From Lepidodermella squamata (lineage: Eukaryota > Animalia > Gastrotricha): DNA of 64,000 nucleotides. A program made the translations under genes and the position numbers. Each line of letters starts with the position of its first letter. The stretch's first letter is position 1. The DNA is taken from assembly GCA_047495785.1 (NCBI GenBank), contig JBLDXI010000036.1, positions 496,001 to 560,000 of the forward strand. Reading direction: 5' to 3'. Below the pieces are notes generated by a model. That model was not told the DNA's origin. It saw nothing but the letters and a program-made list of their open reading frames with translations, and made no database searches. This document shows, in pieces, positions 59,715 to 64,000 of this stretch.

Positions 59715-61297
59715 ATGAAGTTGCTACCAAGCTTATTTTTGCTAATTTTAGCCGTGAATGAGGCAATACTCCAAGGTCCTGTAAACATGTTGACAGACCG
59801 CATATTGGCTGAATATCAACGCAAATGTCCGATATTGTCATCGCCGAAGCTTCATATAGAAAGCTTTATAGCAAGCGGGAAGCCGCTCGATATGCGAGTT
59901 AGTTTGTGGCTCATGCGTTTTCTGGGAATCGACGACCTCCAGCAACAGCTGTCCATCATGGGCTACCTCACTGTTTCGTGGGCAATCCCTGCATGTAGCA
60001 AACTGCCGTCTTGCTCGAAGCTCAACATATCGACGCCAGATGTTTGCAGGAGGCTGGATAATTCCAGCATTTGGCTTCCGCTACCGATAAACCAAGTCTG
60101 GCTACCGAATCTTATACATTTCAGCGGAATCGGCTATCCTTTCCTAAGACCCAAGTAAATTTCCGGCTTATTCTCATTCAAAACTATTCAATAATTAAGT
60201 TAGAAGGTAATAGGAGTTATGAGCCCTGACCAAATAAGTCGGGAGGAAGAGGGTCCGGTATCAGAAGCCATCCTCCATTTTACTCAACAATCTAGAACCC
60301 TGAATTTTAGGCTTAGAAAATGGCTCAAACACTTGTCCCACGGTCTAAATCTGACCATTCTGTATTGAGGATTGTCGATTTGAATGTAATCGCTAGTATT
60401 TTTGAGCTAAGTAAACATTCGTGCTAATATCGATTTTGCAAATCATTGATTTTTGCGAATCCGGAATAAAATCGGTGAAAATATCTGTCCATTTTTCGAC
60501 TGAAATGTTTTTTCCTCACTCTTTCAATCAAAGAAGCCTCATTGTCTTGATTTTTCAGGAAGACTGAATACGCCTACTTGCCTATGAACTGGCCCAGCCC
60601 AACTTTGATCATGAACATCGGCAATCGCTTCGACATATCTTGCGCCGGGTTCAACTACGCGAAATTCCCATTCGACACCCAAACTTGCACGATGACCCTC
60701 GAAGCCCATGACGCGGATTGGTTGACTCAATACAAAATCTCCTACTACACAATTGAAAAATCCCGAGTCGGCTCATTCCTTTCGAACACCGATATCTGGG
60801 AATTGGTCCCTGGATCCATGTCGAGCATCGCGTCAACTTTCGAACCTTCGAATTTCACGAGGCTGGAATTCACAATGACATTCCATCGGAAATCGACCTA
60901 CTACGTCGCAAGCTTCATGTTCCCTATGCTATCCCTTATTGTCCTACCTATCATCTGCCTGTTAACTGAGCCTGAACGGACAGATCGATCAGCCTTCTGC
61001 GTTACAGTGGTTCTTGCTTACTCATTCCTGCTGAATCTCATAACTGATATGGTGCCTAAAACATCCGCCCCCGTCTACATTGTCTACGTCGTGTCGTTTA
61101 AATTCACGGTTACGATTATCATTACGATCTACTGTCTAGTGGATGGGTTCATGAAGGATAAAGTTGTCACGCTGAGATGTGGCGTGACCATCAAGGCGAG
61201 GCTACGTCGGATCACTGATGTTGCCCTTGGAGTGACGGTCATTTTAGCGATCGCAGCCACGGATATCTACATGATGGGCGTGATCACTCATCCGTGA
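59715..61297 (+). CDS. Cys-loop ligand-gated ion channel subunit (2 exons)
   Basis: Signal MKLLPSLFLLILAVNEA, GIDD, WLPNL. Phase-2 intron 60155-60558. Cys-loop CAGFNYAKFPFDTQTC, four TM helices, PKTS in the M2-M3 loop. Confidence 0.88.
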
Positions 61298-62022
61298 ATT
61301 AAAATATCAATTTAATACTTCACCAAAGTCTGCTGCTCTGAAACATTGTCGAGTCTTGATTTCCTAATTGCTCTCGCTTTTTGTGTCTGAGTTCGTATTT
61401 GAACTAGTTTTTTTACCGAAGCGCTGGGAATTACAGGCACGGTAACTTTGGTCTCCTCGTCCTTATTAAATGGCCATAAATAATGTAAAATTCCCAAAAT
61501 CACCAAAAGATAAATCGGTAATAGCTTCCCAATCCTTATCTTGGACTGAGTTGGGGCTAACTTTAATCCTCGGAACGTACAGTTTTGTCCCAAGTCCAAA
61601 GCATCCCCGCGTTACAGTAATAACTTATTTTTTAAATTTGCGTTAGCTGTCTCGAAGCTCTTACCAAAATAAACGCTATGCTTTTTCGACCAAATTAGCT
61701 TCTAATCAATATCGACCATCGATGACAACATATTGAGGCGTTGCAATTATCGAATCATCGCAGGTCTGATGTTCATGCTCTTTAGCTAGTTTCCAGGTCA
61801 TGATTAGGCATCTGGAGTGAAATGTCTGAGTTCTGCAAAAATCTGAAACGTGACTGCTGTTCATTGCAGATGTTTCCCTATTACTCCTCTGCCCCCACAT
61901 CAGATTATGTCGTAGAGCTTTTCGCAAGGTGACGAGAAACCCGATCTAGACATTAGACCACGAACTACGACTTACCAATTAAAATTTCTCAGACAGGAAT
62001 TCATAGTGTAACGCAGAAAAAG

Positions 62023-64000
62023 ATGCCATCTCTTCTAGTACTTCTATTGACATCGGGAATTCATATCGAATCGAAACCATTCGAAAGCCCTATTAGCATG
62101 ATTCCACTGAATGAAACAACTGCTTTCAAGCAGCTGGTTTGCCTTGATGAACCACCTATGCCGAAGTATGCAACAGCTTCCGATTTCAACTCGACCGGAA
62201 ACAATAAAACACTGATAACAATTTTGGCTGGCATAAGTTACGCCGGAGAAATGCCAGTAGGTTCCATAGCCTCAAAATCTATCGAACTTGCGTTAGATCG
62301 ACTGAAATCCTTACCAAACTTCCTCGAGGGATATGAACTGGCTGTTGAACTTTTCGATGATCAGGTAAATTCATATCAGTCCCATTATCCAGCCTAATTT
62401 TTTCATAAATGTAGTGTCTTGATTACGTATCGATTCCTCAGATGTTTAATCGCCTTCGCGGCATCAAAGAAGGTACAAATCGACTGCCAATTTTTCTGAG
62501 CCACGCCTGCGAATCAGTTGGAATCAGAACTTTCGCTGAATCTGCGAAATATTTCGATTGGCTGGCTCTGAGTCACCTTATAATCTCACCTGATATGAGC
62601 CCTACTATCAAAGGAACCGGTTTCCGAATTACTACCCGTTACTTCAAAGATTCGAGGGTGGTCATTTAGCGGCAGTTGAGTTCATGCTTCGAATGGGCTG
62701 GCGGAAAGTTGCAGTGATTTCTGAGAGTTTCCTACTCTACGACATGCTTCAAACCTTGCTACTACCATTACTAGACCGGAAGAACATGACCATAATCCAT
62801 TTGAGTAAATCGTCCCATGTCGCAGTGTATGACGAAGAAATGCGGCCAGTTTTCGATGAGCTCAAAGAAATCGATGCGAGAATTTTCATTTTAGACGCAG
62901 ATCGAGCCTCAGGCAAGGCGTGTTGGCTCCATCGTTACGGAATGTTCGGCTCGAATTACGTATCGATGTTCTGGTACTGGTCCGACAGTTACCCTAGTAG
63001 TCTTGTACCCCCAGAACAATCATCGTGGTGTACGATCGGTATGGTAAACGAAGTTATTGCTAATTCGATATTTTTCGGAGATTCAACGCTAGTAGACACA
63101 ATCGGGGCTAAGCATACTGGTGTAACGGGAATCACAGCTGCTGATTGGGAGATTCGAATGGAGGAGAAGGTCGCAAATCCTCAAGATAGTGGCCTATGGC
63201 ATATGTACTATCGCCTATGATGTCACAATCTTTGCCGGCCTACTCCTTAACAAAACCGAGCAAATCCTCAAAGATCGAAACCAAACTTTGCTAGATTGGG
63301 TTTCAGCTGGAGCTGGAAAGGGTCCAGAACTCATTAATCTTCTCATCGAGAATATATACACAGTTAACATGACTGGAATGAAGGGCTACTACAACTTTGA
63401 TAACAGGACGAAATTGAATACGAACGGGTTTGTTTCTATAACTCTAACTCAGTTCGACTCGTATCGCGATGCAAATGGCACAGTCATGCTTGGAAAACCT
63501 CGCATTGTTGCGGTCTATCATCCAGGTAAAGGTGGTCAACTTGAGGTTTTGAATGGATTGAAATGGAGAACAAAAGACGGCAGTCCACCCCTTGACTCAA
63601 AGGCCTACGTTAAAATCGAGTTTCCACAGCTATCCGTAATTCAGTATTCGATATTAACAACGATTACCGTCGTCCTAATGATTTTCTTAGCAGTTTTCGG
63701 AGGGCTAAGCCTATTCGTTCTGAAATCAAAGAAGGTTCCATCGTTTTTCAATCGATTTTCGGCTGATTCGGCGGTAGTCCCTTCTAATTTCTCCAGCCCC
63801 GATGTTTTGCTTCATTTCGGAAATTGGATTATGGTATCAAGCGTTTTGACACTTCCGTACCCAGATGTGAATATCAGAATATTAGACTACTGCCAAGCTA
63901 TGGCAATCCTTCTAATGAATGGATTTTTCACGTCTTTATTGGCGATTTTTTTCAAACTAGACCGATCTTCAAAGACCATCAAAGTTTTGATGTACTCTCT
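62023..64000 (+). pseudogene. Class C (GABA-B-like) GPCR with frameshifts, 3' partial
   Basis: Signal peptide, IELAL...LEGYEL...DDQ|C (intron 62365-62414), MGWRKVA, ARIFI, PPLDS and TM helices. Frame changes near 62650 and 63215. Confidence 0.75.

Noticed and set aside
1-64000. Prokaryotic or viral origin of the window
   Set aside because: Abundant spliceosomal introns, metazoan gene families and eukaryotic transposons.

Overview
Eukaryotic (invertebrate animal) genomic DNA with short GT-AG introns (mostly ~45-65 nt), many MITEs and decayed retroelements. The expanded, divergent Cys-loop channels and GABA-B-like receptors would fit an acoel-type genome, but that is inference only. All exon models were spliced by hand and many are absent from, or misframed in, the ORF track. 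Two main discoveries. (1) Two tandem genes appear to encode a secreted signal peptide-trypsin-like protease-CCP-CCP-ankyrin array fusion: one copy has an intact catalytic triad and ~9 ankyrin repeats, the other a His->Asp dead triad and ~22 repeats. (2) A three-member family of two-exon secreted prepropeptides with a single C-x4-G-x2-G...C loop and acidic EEAR-type processing motifs, candidate toxins or antimicrobial peptides. Also present: four RDH11/12/13-like SDRs, two ankyrin-SOCS-box genes, two Cys-loop channel subunits, two disrupted class C GPCRs (one split by a 3.8-kb TIR element with nested retroelements), three CD225/dispanin-like genes, a Ly6/three-finger GPI protein, a Cys-repeat plus LamG-like secreted protein, a GVGPVCW-repeat secreted protein and a tandem RING-CH membrane E3 ligase.
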